Below are positions 63,537 to 64,000 of a stretch of DNA of 64,000 bases, piece after piece. Below the pieces are notes generated by a model, which was not told the DNA's origin, did not search any database, and saw only the letters and a program-made list of their open reading frames with translations. The stretch's first letter is position 1. Every line of letters begins with the position of its first letter. The position numbers were made by a program, and so were the translations under genes. The stretch is from Acanthaster planci (Eukaryota), in contig NW_019091358.1 of the NCBI RefSeq assembly GCF_001949145.1, positions 93,984 to 157,983 on the forward strand, read 5' to 3'.

Positions 63537-64000
63537 CGACTAACGTATACCCAGATTTAAGTAAACACCCCGATTTGACTTTAAACTCGGCCAAACAAGC
63601 GGAGACTAAAATTTATTGCCTTCGAAAGATCGAAGAAATTAAATCTCGTATCCAAAGAGAACGCGACGTGCGGAAAACTACCTACAAAAAGATTAAACAG
63701 GTTACGTAGAGTATGGTGTAGATGCACTGGGCGCGACCTCAGCAGCCGTCGCAATTCCCGCCAATTGGGGCATCGTTACCGGACCCGTCGGACTTGTGAT
63801 GGAAGGCATCGCTATCGGTGTGTTGGATGTTTACGCTTCGCTAAAATATGCCAGTCGCCAATTAACTCACAAAACTTAAAAGCACGACTGAATTCGAATA
63901 TTTGCGGACGCTAAATTAAACACGATCGAGGAATACGTATCTCACCCGATTGAAGATGGTGATATATCCTAGGAGGAATTTGTACTCATTTTATCCGAGA
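63533..64000 (+). pseudogene. Conserved Polinton membrane-helix protein (partial, disrupted)
   Basis: VYPDL...YCLRKIEEI...ERDVR...YKK, hydrophobic GVDALGATSAAVA...GPVGLVMEGIAIGVL, then KHD*IRIFADAKLNTI...DGDIS*EEFVLILSE. Confidence 0.7.

Larger units (their letters stand above)
58389..64000. mobile_element. Polinton/Maverick-like endogenous virus (left end; continues beyond window), degenerate
   Basis: AGTAGTAG terminus and repeat-rich subterminal region; compact intronless ORFs; protein-primed PolB remnant; penton-like and Polinton-type membrane-protein ORFs. Confidence 0.85.

Noticed and set aside
58389..64000. Contaminating free virus or bacterial contig
   Set aside because: Contiguous with host intron sequence, contains a host repeat shared with 34546-34805, and shows stops/frameshifts typical of endogenous decay.

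Overview
Repeat-rich animal genomic DNA, probably a marine invertebrate (species not identifiable from the sequence), with three N-gaps. The only host gene I recognise is LRRC9: six + strand exons at 8540-56945, with both ends of the gene outside the window. Its very large introns are filled with decayed mobile elements: nested Helentron-type (HINE) repeats, a Mag-like Ty3/Gypsy element, two piggyBac copies plus TTAA-flanked MITEs, DIRS and Ngaro tyrosine-recombinase fragments, Penelope fragments, and an intron-rich Kolobok with KolX. The most interesting feature starts at 58389 (AGTAGTAG terminus) and runs off the window end. It is a decayed Polinton/Maverick-like endogenous virus with a pPolB remnant, a penton and a membrane protein. 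It also appears to carry genes typical of Nucleocytoviricota rather than Polintons: an RNA polymerase Rpb6-like gene, a TFIIB-like gene and a DUF2738-like ssDNA-binding protein. An intergenic hairpin and a shared AT-rich start motif accompany them. All family assignments come from manual motif recognition, not database searches.
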